In this document: piece by piece, positions 46,390 through 56,010 of the stretch
Layout: every line of letters starts with the position of its first letter
Position numbering within the stretch: the stretch's first letter is position 1
Virus record (IMG/VR): IMGVR_UViG_3300045988_172457
Span: 13,245-77,244 of that record
DNA: 64,000 bases
DNA from: a virus
Strand: one strand, 5' to 3'
Position numbers and translations under genes: made by a program
The notes under the pieces: model-generated
Seen by the model: the letters and a program-made list of their open reading frames with translations, nothing else
Told to the model about the DNA's origin: nothing
The model's database searches: none

Positions 46390-47547
46390 CTAGTTCTCCG
46401 AGCGTTCGCTGATATTCTCCCGCATCTGCAAATAAGCCCCATGCTCACGCAAGTAATCCCGCAAATACGGCATTTTGAAAGCGACTTCACCGTAACCGAC
46501 CGGCTCAATCAAATCGTTCTCAATCAGCTTGGTTCTATACACGTTGGCGAACTGTGGCGAACGGTTCAACCGACGGGCGATTTCACCTGTATTCGACACC
46601 GTATCATCCACCGACATGGCAAGTAGATAGTTCACCGCATGGGATGGCAAGCCATGCAATGCTGGGGCGTGAACCATATCCCCTAGTTTGGCTTGGGCTT
46701 TTTCGATACCCTTGACCGCGTCCTCCTCGGTCACTTGATTCACATGACCGTTGGTTTCGGACATCCGCCAAGCCCAATAGCCCACCAGCTGAATCATGAA
46801 CGGATAACCGTGAGTGGCGTTGGTCAACCGTATCAGCGTTTCCATTCCGGCTTTCTTCTCGCCGCTGAAGGATTCCTCGAACGCCTTCAATACCTTTTCC
46901 GTGGGGACAGACCCCAAATGGTATCGTTCCGCCCGTTGCAGGAAAGTGATGGCATTGTCGGACAGCACGTCGTTCACTGCGGACGGCAGTCCGGCGAAAA
47001 CGAACGCGATGTTCCGTCCTTCCCGGATGAGATGCTGCACTGCGGTAGACAGTGCTCTGATTTCGTCCATGGAACCGGACTGCACCTCATCCAATGTGAT
47101 GAGGATTCCTTGTTTGGTCTCGTTCATTTTGTCCAATCGTTTTCCGACCGCTTGGCGGAGTGTCAGGGAACGTTCCTCATTATGTTCGAGTTCGATTCTC
47201 CCTAAGCTCAGTTCAAGATTCCCGACGTCCCCTTTCAATCCTACTTTGGGCATGTCGTATGCGGATATGCGGGTGGTGTCCTTGCCGGTGAGCGCGTCCA
47301 CGAGTCTTCGGGTGAAGCCTTTGTCGGCGCTTTCGTTGTAGATTTGCCAACCTTGTTTTTTGGCGTGCTCTCCCAGTGTGTCCAGCATGACTGTTTTGCC
47401 GACTCCTCTGGCTCCTGTGAGGAACATCAGCCGTCCGGGGCTTCCCACACCGTCTTTCAGCGCATAGTCGAAGTCTTCGATGATTTCTTCTCGTCCGACG
47501 AGTATCGGTGGGATACGTCCGGCGGTTGGTTTGAATGGGTTGGTCAT
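46390..47547 (-). CDS. AAA-type ATPase with a C-terminal winged-helix domain (ORC/Cdc6-like 'archaeal ATPase' family), 385 aa
   Basis: Walker A GARGVGKT, Walker B ILITLDEVQ. Start placed at the Met with RBS AAGGAAACAGAC. The ORF-track 5' extension reads through an AT-rich promoter. Confidence 0.7.
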   Translation of the reverse strand: MTNPFKPTAGRIPPILVGREEIIEDFDYALKDGVGSPGRLMFLTGARGVGKTVMLDTLGEHAKKQGWQIYNESADKGFTRRLVDALTGKDTTRISAYDMPKVGLKGDVGNLELSLGRIELEHNEERSLTLRQAVGKRLDKMNETKQGILITLDEVQSGSMDEIRALSTAVQHLIREGRNIAFVFAGLPSAVNDVLSDNAITFLQRAERYHLGSVPTEKVLKAFEESFSGEKKAGMETLIRLTNATHGYPFMIQLVGYWAWRMSETNGHVNQVTEEDAVKGIEKAQAKLGDMVHAPALHGLPSHAVNYLLAMSVDDTVSNTGEIARRLNRSPQFANVYRTKLIENDLIEPVGYGEVAFKMPYLRDYLREHGAYLQMRENISERSEN

Positions 47548-47784
47548 GTCTGTTTCCTTGATTTTATAATAATTATAATAAGTATAATACTTTAAAAAAG
47601 CATGTACCAAGAGGTTAAGTTCGATAATGGGCGAGCTTTGTCGAGAGTAGAGGTTGACGACCTAAACGGAAGTGGTTTAAAATAGATTCTTGTTTGAGAT
47701 AAGGTCACTTTTTCTAAAAGGCATTGAGGGACGGTTCCCGTTTCGGTTTCCGTTCCTCTTTTTTGTGTTGTTTTCATACTTGAG

Positions 47785-47806
47785 GTATACTGGAATTGTT
47801 CACACA
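47785..47806 (+). promoter_or_regulatory. Repeated promoter/leader motif copy 1 (GTATACTGGAATTGTTCACACA)
   Basis: Extended -10 (TG-n-TATACT) followed by the conserved GGAATTGTTCACACA. ~30 nt upstream of the ATG at 47836. Confidence 0.55.
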
Positions 47807-47835
47807 GGAAAAGTCGAAAAACCAAGGAGCAAAAA

Positions 47836-48660
47836 ATGAGCAACATCGACAGCATCATCGAACGCATCAACAACCTCATGGCAATAGCCGAAAACGAAGC
47901 ATCCAGCGACAATGAGGCGCAAATGGCGTTCGAGCGGGCACAGAAACTCATTAACGAATATCGTATCGAAGACTGGAAACGCGACCGCACCCGCACGAAC
48001 AAGCCAATCATCGAACGTGGCGTGAACGTAAGCAAAACCACCATCTACCATCAGCAAGGCTACCTTGCGACCATCATCGCCCAAGCTAACGAATGCCGCG
48101 CCTACCTTCACGAAAGCCGGTGTGGCGGAAGGATTGAGGAACGTGCCGTCATGTTCGTAGGCGAGGAGGACGATGTGAACGCCGCAGTCCTTCTCTTCCA
48201 AAGCATCGACCTATACTGCTCAGTCCACGCCCGTACTAGCTACGCGGACATGATTGACAAGCACGCCAAAGCGTACTATGAGGACAACAAGGAATACGTC
48301 GAAACGCATTACGGACGTGAATCCTATCCGACGCTGACGGAATGCAAACAGTACATGCGTCGTGATTATCCACGCGCCAAGTTCTACTATGGTTATCGCG
48401 GTGGATTCAACGAACGTTTGAGCGAACGTTTCGAGGAGCTTCGCAAGCAGAGTCTCGCCATTCCTTCCGGTCGTGAGCTGGTGTCATGTAAGAGTCAGCG
48501 TCTGAACGAGTATTTTGACAAGCTTGAGCTGGTGTCGGGTCATGCGGCCACTGCTCGTGGTAGCAAGGATGGTTTTGCCCGTGGTGTGAGTGACGCGAAC
48601 AATGTGGGTTTGGGTTTGTCTGAAATGGGTGTTTCGTCCCACGCTTTGCTGAATGCCTGA
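47836..48660 (+). CDS. DUF2786-like protein (274 aa)
   Basis: N-terminal IERINNLMAIAENEASSDNEAQMAFERAQKLINEY matches the DUF2786 signature. Confidence 0.6.
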   Translation: MSNIDSIIERINNLMAIAENEASSDNEAQMAFERAQKLINEYRIEDWKRDRTRTNKPIIERGVNVSKTTIYHQQGYLATIIAQANECRAYLHESRCGGRIEERAVMFVGEEDDVNAAVLLFQSIDLYCSVHARTSYADMIDKHAKAYYEDNKEYVETHYGRESYPTLTECKQYMRRDYPRAKFYYGYRGGFNERLSERFEELRKQSLAIPSGRELVSCKSQRLNEYFDKLELVSGHAATARGSKDGFARGVSDANNVGLGLSEMGVSSHALLNA

Positions 48661-48667
48661 CTATGAT

Positions 48668-48689
48668 GTATACTGGAATTGTTCACACA
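48668..48689 (+). promoter_or_regulatory. Repeated promoter/leader motif copy 2 (GTATACTGGAATTGTTCACACA)
   Basis: Identical 22-mer to copy 1. Confidence 0.55.
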
Positions 48690-48712
48690 AGATATGCCGA
48701 GAAGGAGAAACC

Positions 48713-49678
48713 ATGGACAACGACGCAATCAACAGTCTTACCAAAAAGTGGACTGCCAACCTCGTTTACTGCTTCGAGGACTTCGACAACGAAACCCACT
48801 CGCAACGACTGAGCGCATACATCGACCAGAAGTCCTTAGACAAATTCAAGGAAGCCAACCTAATCGAACTGACCAAGGAACGCGACCGTTGGAAGCTTAC
48901 CAACAAGGGAATCGACCTGCTGGAAAGCATTAAGAACATCTACCGGAGTGGAAGAATATTCCCTCTCCCCTTACCGTTCCGTCACTATTACATCAACTGC
49001 AAGTTGAAGTACAACATGAAAATCGAGGACGGAAAGATATACGACGGACTGCGTGAAACCGTGTTGAAAGACCGGAGTCGTGACGTTCGCCGCAAGGTGG
49101 CCGAATATTTGGAATACAAGGGAAAACTCAACTATAAGACCGCGACCAGCCTCGCCAAGGACAAAGACCCCGAACTACGCAAGCTCGCCGCAAAGCATAC
49201 CGTTGCAAGCCTGTGCTGGGAGGAAACGGATTACGACGTTATCCGCTACATGGTGGAAAACAAGCTGGCCGATAGGCTCTGCTTCGAGCATTGGGTGAAA
49301 AGCGAAGACGAAACCATCCGCGCCCTATCGGCACCGTTGGCGGAGGAAACGGACATAGACCCGTTGTTGGACTCCCTTTCCGACGAATCCGCCATCCAAG
49401 TCTTGTTCAATAATCCGGAATGGGTCAAAGGTAAGCGTGCCGTGCGCTTGTGGCGTCGCATGGGCGGGGAAAACCGCCGTTGGATTATGTCCTTTATGTG
49501 GGATGTTCCCGATTCTCTAATTGAGGAGTCGTTAGCGGAACCTCGTAATTGGCAAATCTCTTCTCGATTGGAGGAGTATAAGAAGGCGTTGCAGACCGTG
49601 GCCCGTATGGAGCGCTTGTTTGCCAAGGGTAGTGAGATTAAACGCAAGATGCGTGCCCGTGCCGGTTTGTCCGATTGA
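48713..49678 (+). CDS. Hypothetical protein (322 aa) with HEAT/PBS-like helical repeats
   Basis: Start chosen at the Met with RBS GAAGGAGAAACC. Repetitive ...DPELRKLAAKH.../...DETIRALSAPLAEE... units. Confidence 0.55.
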   Translation: MDNDAINSLTKKWTANLVYCFEDFDNETHSQRLSAYIDQKSLDKFKEANLIELTKERDRWKLTNKGIDLLESIKNIYRSGRIFPLPLPFRHYYINCKLKYNMKIEDGKIYDGLRETVLKDRSRDVRRKVAEYLEYKGKLNYKTATSLAKDKDPELRKLAAKHTVASLCWEETDYDVIRYMVENKLADRLCFEHWVKSEDETIRALSAPLAEETDIDPLLDSLSDESAIQVLFNNPEWVKGKRAVRLWRRMGGENRRWIMSFMWDVPDSLIEESLAEPRNWQISSRLEEYKKALQTVARMERLFAKGSEIKRKMRARAGLSD

Positions 49679-49760
49679 GGTTTGATGGGGGGGGGAAGGC
49701 GGGATGCTGTTTTGGTGTCCCGCTTTTGTTTTTTGGGGTTTTGCGGTTTTTCTCAAGTGT

Positions 49761-49783
49761 GCTATAGTGGAATTGTTCACACA
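49761..49783 (+). promoter_or_regulatory. Repeated promoter/leader motif copy 3 (GCTATAGTGGAATTGTTCACACA)
   Basis: TATAGT -10 variant; the downstream element is identical. Confidence 0.5.
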
Positions 49784-49812
49784 AAGAGCGATAGGCAAAA
49801 GGAGCACATAAC

Positions 49813-50073
49813 ATGTACGCAATCCACTACATCGGCGGCGCAATCAACGTCAAGAAAATGCCCAAAAAACAAGCAGTCGAATACGCCAAACAAATCAACG
49901 ACAACGCCCTCTCAAGCACCTTCCCCGAAAGCGTGAAACTCGTTCAAAGTCCCGAAGCCCGCACCATCATGCAAAACAGACTCTTCGCAAAAGACATCTA
50001 CGCCCGCCACAGCGACGTATACAGCATGAGCATGGCTGAACTCGTCAACGCAGTCAACGAATACTGTTGCTGA
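49813..50073 (+). CDS. Hypothetical small protein (86 aa)
   Basis: ORF with RBS AAAAGGAGCAC. Confidence 0.5.
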   Translation: MYAIHYIGGAINVKKMPKKQAVEYAKQINDNALSSTFPESVKLVQSPEARTIMQNRLFAKDIYARHSDVYSMSMAELVNAVNEYCC

Positions 50074-50119
50074 AAAACAATCACCACAAACCCCAATTAC
50101 ACGAAAAAGGACAATCAGA

Positions 50120-50482
50120 ATGTACTCGAAAATCAGCGAAGACACCTATCGGAAACTCATCGACAAACTCGTCAGAATCCCCTACGTGACCGGCGCTCAC
50201 GCAACCCGAGCCATCTTCGGAGACGGAATCGAAGTCGCATTCCAACACCGTTACATGGGCAAGCAGGTCGAGTACTATCTGGTGGCCGACTCGCAACGAG
50301 ACGGCAGACGTTCCTACCGTTGGCGTGGCGGAGTATACACGGTTCCGTCCGCACACTGGACTTTCGATGACGGGGAATACACGCCCGTCGAACTGGAAGA
50401 ACATAAGCTGGAATCGTTGGATGTTGACGGACTGTATGACGCGATTGTGTCCGATTTAGACAAGGCCATGAGAGAATTGTAG
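50120..50482 (+). CDS. Hypothetical protein (120 aa)
   Basis: ORF with RBS AAAAGGACAA. Confidence 0.5.
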   Translation: MYSKISEDTYRKLIDKLVRIPYVTGAHATRAIFGDGIEVAFQHRYMGKQVEYYLVADSQRDGRRSYRWRGGVYTVPSAHWTFDDGEYTPVELEEHKLESLDVDGLYDAIVSDLDKAMREL

Positions 50483-50492
50483 GAAAACGAAA

Positions 50493-50867
50493 ATGCGATT
50501 CACCGACGGCAAGGAAAAGCTGGAAATCGAAATCCACGAAGGCCAGCATTCTTGGGATACAACGGTAGAATTCTTCGACCATTTGACGACTCCCATTCTG
50601 AATGGGACTCGTCAGGTGGGAAACGTTCGCACTCTACTGACGAACGTGTACAACAGGATTCTAGGCATGTCCGACTATCCCGCACCGGAAGCCGACACTC
50701 GGGCAATCTACACCATCGCCGACTTGGCTGGAACCATTGTCAGGGAAGGTTCTTTCACTTCGTCCAACAATCCAGCCAACACGTATTGCAGTGGTTGCGG
50801 TTGCCTTCTCAGCGAGGAGAACGAGAACCTTTGCGGTGATACCAGCTGGTGCGATAACTGCTACTGA
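50493..50867 (+). CDS. Hypothetical protein (124 aa) with a C-terminal Cys-rich zinc-ribbon-like motif
   Basis: CSGCGCLLSEENENLCGDTSWCDNCY. Confidence 0.5.
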   Translation: MRFTDGKEKLEIEIHEGQHSWDTTVEFFDHLTTPILNGTRQVGNVRTLLTNVYNRILGMSDYPAPEADTRAIYTIADLAGTIVREGSFTSSNNPANTYCSGCGCLLSEENENLCGDTSWCDNCY

Positions 50868-50934
50868 GATTGGAAGACTGCCGTTTCTATGCTTCCTTAT
50901 TGTTCTATCGGATTGTGTTTTGCGCTAATATCAT

Positions 50935-50956
50935 ATATACTGGAATTGTTCACACA
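50935..50956 (+). promoter_or_regulatory. Repeated promoter/leader motif copy 4 (ATATACTGGAATTGTTCACACA)
   Basis: Same motif. Confidence 0.55.
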
Positions 50957-50985
50957 GCAAGAAGTTGCATCCTACAAGGAGAAAA

Positions 50986-51240
50986 ATGAGCAACACCACC
51001 ACAGAAATCAACTGGCACAACACCCTCCCCCAAAACTTGGAAGGCCACAAGTGCATCGCCGTCACCAAAACCGGCGAAACCATCGAAGGCATACTGGAAT
51101 ATCGCACGGCACAACCCGACATGTATGTGAGAATCGATAGCCTCCACTTCCCCGGCGTCAAACCATGGGTTATTGTCAACCAATGCGAATCCGGCAACGA
51201 AATGGGCGAAGAATTCCAGTCCGTGAAAGTGTTCGCCTGA
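50986..51240 (+). CDS. Hypothetical small protein (84 aa)
   Basis: Start at the Met with RBS AAGGAGAAAA. Confidence 0.5.
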   Translation: MSNTTTEINWHNTLPQNLEGHKCIAVTKTGETIEGILEYRTAQPDMYVRIDSLHFPGVKPWVIVNQCESGNEMGEEFQSVKVFA

Positions 51241-51251
51241 AAGGTTCACGA

Positions 51252-51416
51252 ATGAGTAACCACGACTGGGTAGCAACCGACAGTCCCAATAAAAACAACA
51301 CTCACAAGAACAACCGTTCCACTCATAACGGATGGGACGCCGGTAGCGCTTGGAACCCGCAATCCACGAAACGAAACGAATTCGGCATACGCAATACCGA
51401 CTGGAGCAATGACTAG
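51252..51416 (+). CDS. Hypothetical small protein (54 aa), N/W-rich
   Basis: Internal Met of ORF 51165-51416. Weak RBS. Confidence 0.3.
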   Translation: MSNHDWVATDSPNKNNTHKNNRSTHNGWDAGSAWNPQSTKRNEFGIRNTDWSND

Positions 51417-51455
51417 CTCCCACGTCAAAAAAACGTTAGACCAAAAGGATAAAAA

Positions 51456-51785
51456 ATGAACAGCGACTACTATGAGTATCTGACCACCTCAGCCAAAAAC
51501 GACCCTGAACTGAACGAGCACGACAAAGAGACCGTATTGGCTTTCCTGAAACGACTCGACGCCAACCCCGACAAGTATGCGGTAGCCCCAAGAACAATCG
51601 CATACTTGAATGAAGAATCTTTGGAATACGCTGACATTACAACCGAAACCCTTAAGAAGCTCGACATGAGCGCTACGCAACTGTTGGACGAATGGTGGGA
51701 AAACGTTTGGGGTAGCGCTACTATTGAGGACGATTGCCTTGAGGGACTAAACGAAGTTCTAGAACTTCACGGAGTCAGTAAATGA
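51456..51785 (+). CDS. Hypothetical acidic protein (109 aa)
   Basis: ORF with RBS AAAAGGATAAAAA. Confidence 0.5.
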   Translation: MNSDYYEYLTTSAKNDPELNEHDKETVLAFLKRLDANPDKYAVAPRTIAYLNEESLEYADITTETLKKLDMSATQLLDEWWENVWGSATIEDDCLEGLNEVLELHGVSK

Positions 51786-51851
51786 TACCAGAATGCCCGT
51801 GGAAAACGACTTCCACGGGTATTCTCGTCTCAATTTTTGGAAGGAGCGCGA

Positions 51852-52067
51852 ATGCCCCATTACTTGTTGGACGCGGCTAATGACGCGACTGAACTCCCAT
51901 CCGCAGACTTGGATAACATCCAGTCGGTTCTGCGTACCACGCCTACTCTTGATTCAGAAGCGACCGTGTTGGCTTGCGAGATTCTGAATGCTTGGGACGA
52001 GGATTGTAGGATTCTTCGCCGCCGTCCGAGGCTGGTGTTGTTGAATGTTGAGGAGCCGGAATTCTAA
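51852..52067 (+). CDS. Hypothetical small protein (71 aa)
   Basis: ATG with RBS AAGGAG at spacing 5. Confidence 0.45.
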   Translation: MPHYLLDAANDATELPSADLDNIQSVLRTTPTLDSEATVLACEILNAWDEDCRILRRRPRLVLLNVEEPEF

Positions 52068-52107
52068 GTGTGGGAAGGTGGTTTTTCGTTCTTTGCATTA
52101 CCCCTGT

Positions 52108-52132
52108 TGTGTTAGAGTGAGATAGCCCACAC
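52108..52132 (+). promoter_or_regulatory. Diverged member of the promoter/leader family (TTGTGTTAGAGTGAGATAGCCCACACC)
   Basis: Shares the GTGTTAnAnTG...CACAC framework. Upstream of 52149. Confidence 0.35.
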
Positions 52133-52148
52133 CAAAAAAGGAAAACCA

Positions 52149-52394
52149 ATGGCCTTAAAAGAACTTCCCTATCAAGACGGAATCAACTGGAAAGAATTCG
52201 AAGGCAAGTCCGCGATATTCAAATGGAACGGCAAACCCATGGCCGGAACCCTCTACTTGGACGGTTTCAGCAATCTCGCAGTTCGTGAACTGTCCGGTTA
52301 CATGCCGGTCTTATATATTTGGCCGGATGATACGAGTCATGTCAACGTCGAGCGTGTGACGGATTTTCATGTGTTCGAGTTCGTTGAGGATTAG
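52149..52394 (+). CDS. Hypothetical small protein (81 aa)
   Basis: ORF with RBS AAAAGGAAAACC. Confidence 0.5.
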   Translation: MALKELPYQDGINWKEFEGKSAIFKWNGKPMAGTLYLDGFSNLAVRELSGYMPVLYIWPDDTSHVNVERVTDFHVFEFVED

Positions 52395-52824
52395 TGTAGT
52401 TCGGGACGCTGGCACTGCGGCTTCTATTCCCATTCCGGGGACAATCCGAACGTATTATCCCGGCTTCGATATTTGGTTCAACCGCACGGTTCTCCCCTCA
52501 TTGGGGAAAGGCCGTGCGATTCTTTTAGCCCGCATAAACGGTGAGTTGGCGGGGTTTTGCGTTCTCAAGAGAAATCCGTCTGAACGGAAGATTTGCACTT
52601 TGTATGTCTACGAGGGTTTTCGGAGTCGAGGGGTTGGTTCCACGCTGGTCGAATATGCATTGAAATCGCTGGATGAACGGTTCCCTCTGGTGACAGTGCC
52701 GGAAGAGCTGTTGCCGATGTATGAGGGTTTCTTCCGTCGTTTTGATTTTCGTCTGTCCGGCTCTCGTGTGGGTTTGTATCGGGTTGGGAAGAGGGAGTTC
52801 TTTTTTAACGGGACGCTGGCTTAG
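52369..52824 (+). CDS. GNAT-family N-acetyltransferase (start uncertain)
   Basis: Acetyl-CoA-binding motif FRSRGVGSTLVEYAL and a GNAT-like C-terminal fold. The annotated start overlaps the upstream gene. Confidence 0.55.
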   Translation: MCSSSLRISVVRDAGTAASIPIPGTIRTYYPGFDIWFNRTVLPSLGKGRAILLARINGELAGFCVLKRNPSERKICTLYVYEGFRSRGVGSTLVEYALKSLDERFPLVTVPEELLPMYEGFFRRFDFRLSGSRVGLYRVGKREFFFNGTLA

Positions 52825-52855
52825 GTTTGCGTGTTGCGTTTTTCTACCCCCTTGT

Positions 52856-52877
52856 GTTATAGTGGGATTGTTCACAA
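52856..52877 (+). promoter_or_regulatory. Repeated promoter/leader motif copy (GTTATAGTGGGATTGTTCACAA)
   Basis: Same family. Confidence 0.5.
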
Positions 52878-52909
52878 CAAAAACAAAGACAACCAAAAAG
52901 GAGAACGCA

Positions 52910-53281
52910 TTGAATCAAGCAACTAAATTCGGCAAACGAATCCTCTTCGATGACCACCCAACTCGCGCAGTATTCGACACCAAGGAACTGCCAACAGACG
53001 ACTCCCATGCGCTCTACCGCGTATACCTGCGCTCTTGGCAACGGCATTCCTGCCGACCGGGAACCGAGAATACACCCATGTTCGACGTGATATGCCCGAC
53101 AAGATGGTGCCGTTGGATTACCCACATCAGCATTCTGAACTATTTGGACGGCATAAGCTGGCTGGCTTGGCCAGTGGAAGGTGGCGTCAGCTGGCGGCAT
53201 AGGACAATCGACCCCTATTCCGTCCACTATTCCACCGATACCCATATTCCGGTAATCGACCTGCGCAAAAGCGAAGAATAG
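52910..53281 (+). CDS. Hypothetical protein (123 aa) with a TTG start
   Basis: TTG preceded by RBS GGAGAACGCA. The protein is W/C/H-containing. Confidence 0.4.
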   Translation: MNQATKFGKRILFDDHPTRAVFDTKELPTDDSHALYRVYLRSWQRHSCRPGTENTPMFDVICPTRWCRWITHISILNYLDGISWLAWPVEGGVSWRHRTIDPYSVHYSTDTHIPVIDLRKSEE

Positions 53282-53289
53282 GAGAGAAC

Positions 53290-53685
53290 ATGTCCGACGC
53301 TCAGAACACGCCCCGATTCTCGACCATAGGCATCACCTACACGAAGCATCAGAACAATGCGGCGCTTAGCATGAGTCCCGCCGAAGATTCGACCATGCGC
53401 CGACTGGGATTCACCGACCACCGTGAGGGGTATTGGTACCTCTGCCGTTCAGTCTCCCCCGACCATGACATGACATTGAATGTCGAGATTGCCAAGGACG
53501 GTAGCGACTGGCAGATAGACGTGTTGGACGAGAACTTCTGCCAACCCTACGACTACCAGTATTTACTCAACTTGAACCCGACGTTGGATTATCCCAACAA
53601 GGTGGCTGACGAATGCGAGAAATGGTTCCGGAAACTATCCGAATGGGGTTTGCTACACGGCTGGCATGAGGGAATGTACGTCTGA
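53290..53685 (+). CDS. Hypothetical protein (131 aa)
   Basis: ORF with RBS GGAGAGAAC. Confidence 0.5.
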   Translation: MSDAQNTPRFSTIGITYTKHQNNAALSMSPAEDSTMRRLGFTDHREGYWYLCRSVSPDHDMTLNVEIAKDGSDWQIDVLDENFCQPYDYQYLLNLNPTLDYPNKVADECEKWFRKLSEWGLLHGWHEGMYV

Positions 53686-53711
53686 AAAAAACAGAAAGGA
53701 AAAACAAAAAA

Positions 53712-53981
53712 ATGAGCATTCTCAACGAAGAACTGGAAGAACGGTATCCCATCGAGGAAGGCGACTGCATCACGCTCACACGGGAACAGTTGGCGTTACA
53801 GTTGCGTCGCGCATACAAGGCGGGTGCGACCCGCGACTATAAGCGCACTCCGCACGGGCATACGGAACTGTTGAAGATTATCGGAATCCTTCAAGACTCC
53901 CGCCTATTGCCCGACAACACCGACTTCGAGGATGTCGTAAGAACGGTTCTGGACGGACGAGTCAAGGCTATTACCAGATAA
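53712..53981 (+). CDS. Hypothetical small protein (89 aa)
   Basis: ORF with an RBS-like AAAGGAAAAACAAAAAA upstream. Confidence 0.5.
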   Translation: MSILNEELEERYPIEEGDCITLTREQLALQLRRAYKAGATRDYKRTPHGHTELLKIIGILQDSRLLPDNTDFEDVVRTVLDGRVKAITR

Positions 53982-53984
53982 GGC

Positions 53985-54007
53985 GTTATACTAGAAACGT
54001 CCACACA
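53985..54007 (+). promoter_or_regulatory. Repeated promoter/leader motif copy (GTTATACTAGAAACGTCCACACA)
   Basis: Same family. 26 nt upstream of the exonuclease gene's ATG. Confidence 0.5.
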
Positions 54008-54032
54008 TTCACTTACCCGAGGAGACCACACC

Positions 54033-54617
54033 ATGAGCTGGGACAAATACCAAAGTCGAGACCCCAGAAGAATCGACCCAATGAAAACACCACTCTACGA
54101 TTACGTGGTCTTGGATACCGAAACCACCGGTTTCAAACCCGAAAACGGGGCCAAACTCATTGAAATCGGAGCCGTGAAAATCCATAACGGAAAACTCGTA
54201 GACCGATACGAGCAACTGATTGACCCACACCAGCCAATCCCCGAATACATCACCTCGCTCACCGGAATCAACGACAGCATGGTCATCGGACAACCCGACG
54301 TAAGTCAAGCCATCATCCGATTCGACAAGTGGCTTGGCCCACGAACCATCATCATGGCGCATAACGCGTCATTCGATTTAAGTTTCTTGGACGCGGCCAT
54401 GAAAACCGTGAACGGTGGAATGTTCTTCTTCCCCCACCGGTTCGTGGACACGTTGGAAATGAGCCGGAAAATCCATCCCGAAAAGCCAAGCCATAAGGTT
54501 GCCGTGCTTATCCGCGACTATGGTATCGGTGACGTGGAAGAGCATCGCGCCTTGTCCGACGCGACTCAGGAAAACATGCTGTATGAAGCCATGCGCAGAG
54601 AGGAATTTGGCCGCTAA
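54033..54617 (+). CDS. DEDDh 3'-5' exonuclease (DnaQ / DNA Pol III epsilon-like)
   Basis: Exo I YVVLDTETTG, Exo II ...AHNASFDLSFL, and Exo III H..LSDA motifs. Confidence 0.8.
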   Translation: MSWDKYQSRDPRRIDPMKTPLYDYVVLDTETTGFKPENGAKLIEIGAVKIHNGKLVDRYEQLIDPHQPIPEYITSLTGINDSMVIGQPDVSQAIIRFDKWLGPRTIIMAHNASFDLSFLDAAMKTVNGGMFFFPHRFVDTLEMSRKIHPEKPSHKVAVLIRDYGIGDVEEHRALSDATQENMLYEAMRREEFGR

Positions 54618-54875
54618 ATGGGATACGAGGACATGTTCAGTCCCGAATGCAGGGACTATCTGAAATCACGCAAACCGTCGCAACGGGAGCGGGAGATAGC
54701 GAAGCTTGAGATACAGGCCGACAACAAGCACGACATGTATGGCAACAAAAGCCTCTATGAGGTTTCCGGTGAGACTACGGCCATCTACGAAAGCCAGAAG
54801 GCGTTGCGCTTGAGGTTGGAAAGCATCGAGAAAAAACTGGACGAACTCTTAAGGACTCAGAAAGGACTGGGGTGA
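54618..54875 (+). CDS. Hypothetical small protein (85 aa)
   Basis: ORF directly abutting the exonuclease stop. Confidence 0.45.
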   Translation: MGYEDMFSPECRDYLKSRKPSQREREIAKLEIQADNKHDMYGNKSLYEVSGETTAIYESQKALRLRLESIEKKLDELLRTQKGLG

Positions 54876-55441
54876 GAAACCTTCTTACATGCCCATGCTG
54901 TAACAGCATTCCCGAATTTAAGTATCGGGCTAAATCTGAACTCCACTGCACTTGGGACGACGAGCAATATTTTCTGCCGAAAGGTTGGGAATACTCCCAC
55001 TTTTGTCCAGTGGATAATGGTTTGCGAACATCTGGCGGAGTCGGCTTCCAAACCTTGCACGACGCACAGCGCGACTGGAACTGTAAGGTTGGAAGTTTTC
55101 TCCGTAACCCGCTGAACAGTTTCCACTCGTCCATCGAAACCGGTGCGGAACTGCTGGTCGAATTAGATGATTGTTTCGTTGGACAGCGAATTCAGCTTGG
55201 CGACCGGATATTATTGAGTCGGCGTTCTCTAACCGTTCGAGGTATCGTGCAGTTCATCCAACGGGACAGCGTTGGCGAAATCAGCATCATCCTGCGGGAT
55301 ACGGACACCATCAAGTATGTGATTTATTCGCCGGTCCGGGAGCGCCGAAAGTACATGTTTTCCTATCATGTCGAAAGGCGGTTTCATTGGATAAAAAAGC
55401 CGAAAGGCTCCTCTGCGACGCATACCATCGTGGACGACTAG
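54872..55441 (+). CDS. Hypothetical protein (189 aa) with an N-terminal CxxC...C motif
   Basis: GTG start coupled to the upstream gene. CPCCNSIPEF...HCTW. Confidence 0.45.
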   Translation: MRNLLTCPCCNSIPEFKYRAKSELHCTWDDEQYFLPKGWEYSHFCPVDNGLRTSGGVGFQTLHDAQRDWNCKVGSFLRNPLNSFHSSIETGAELLVELDDCFVGQRIQLGDRILLSRRSLTVRGIVQFIQRDSVGEISIILRDTDTIKYVIYSPVRERRKYMFSYHVERRFHWIKKPKGSSATHTIVDD

Positions 55442-55473
55442 CGGAGGTTAACGAACATAATCAGGACGCGGCT

Positions 55474-55590
55474 ATGTCCCTTATCGATAACGGGTATGCC
55501 GACTATTGGCGTACTCTGTTGGGACACGAGGCCATCAGGCTTACCGACCATGGGCTTGGTGTCGCGCGGAAACTGGAGTTGGATTACTGA
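55474..55590 (+). CDS. Possible very small ORF (38 aa)
   Basis: The only ORF with an ATG after the upstream stop. Weak RBS. Confidence 0.25.
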   Translation: MSLIDNGYADYWRTLLGHEAIRLTDHGLGVARKLELDY

Positions 55591-55616
55591 TTTTCCAGCG
55601 TTTTAAAGACTGGATT

Positions 55617-55640
55617 GTTATAGTGAAACAGTGGGCACAA
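55617..55640 (+). promoter_or_regulatory. Repeated promoter/leader motif copy (GTTATAGTGAAACAGTGGGCACAA)
   Basis: Same family, diverged downstream half. Confidence 0.4.
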
Positions 55641-55681
55641 TACTGTGCTCGCTGTTTTTCTTATTCTCAGGAGGAACCGGA

Positions 55682-55942
55682 ATGTCCCAGCATAGCAACA
55701 AAAGTCACAAGAACAAGAAGGCCGTGGTCATCGAGAAGGTGCGGGACAAGTATGGTTCCGTCATTGCCTTGAAGGTCGTATTGTATCGTCGGCATGATAC
55801 TGAGAATGGGAAGGTTTGGAATATGAAGCGTTCTCATACGTTCAGTGCGGCTTTCAGTCGTCGTGCTTGTAGGGAACAGGCGAAGACGTTGGCTCGTCAG
55901 TGGGCTGATAAGTATGGTGCGAAGGTTGTGAAGAGGGGTTAG
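55682..55942 (+). CDS. Small basic protein (86 aa)
   Basis: RBS GGAGGAACCGGA before the ATG. K/R-rich. Confidence 0.5.
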   Translation: MSQHSNKSHKNKKAVVIEKVRDKYGSVIALKVVLYRRHDTENGKVWNMKRSHTFSAAFSRRACREQAKTLARQWADKYGAKVVKRG

Positions 55943-55961
55943 TTACCCTCTTTGGTTTTAT

Positions 55962-55984
55962 GTTATACTGGGGGCGTTCACATA
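55962..55984 (+). promoter_or_regulatory. Repeated promoter/leader motif copy (GTTATACTGGGGGCGTTCACATA)
   Basis: Same family. Confidence 0.5.
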
Positions 55985-56010
55985 AAACCATTCCAAAAAA
56001 GGAGAACACC

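Noticed and set aside
47548-47610. N-terminal extension (MVHAFLKYYTYYNYYKIKETD) of the ORC-like ATPase ORF
   Set aside because: This peptide is encoded by an AT-rich, promoter-like sequence (TATAATAATTATAATAAGTATAATAC). A strong RBS precedes the internal Met at 47547.
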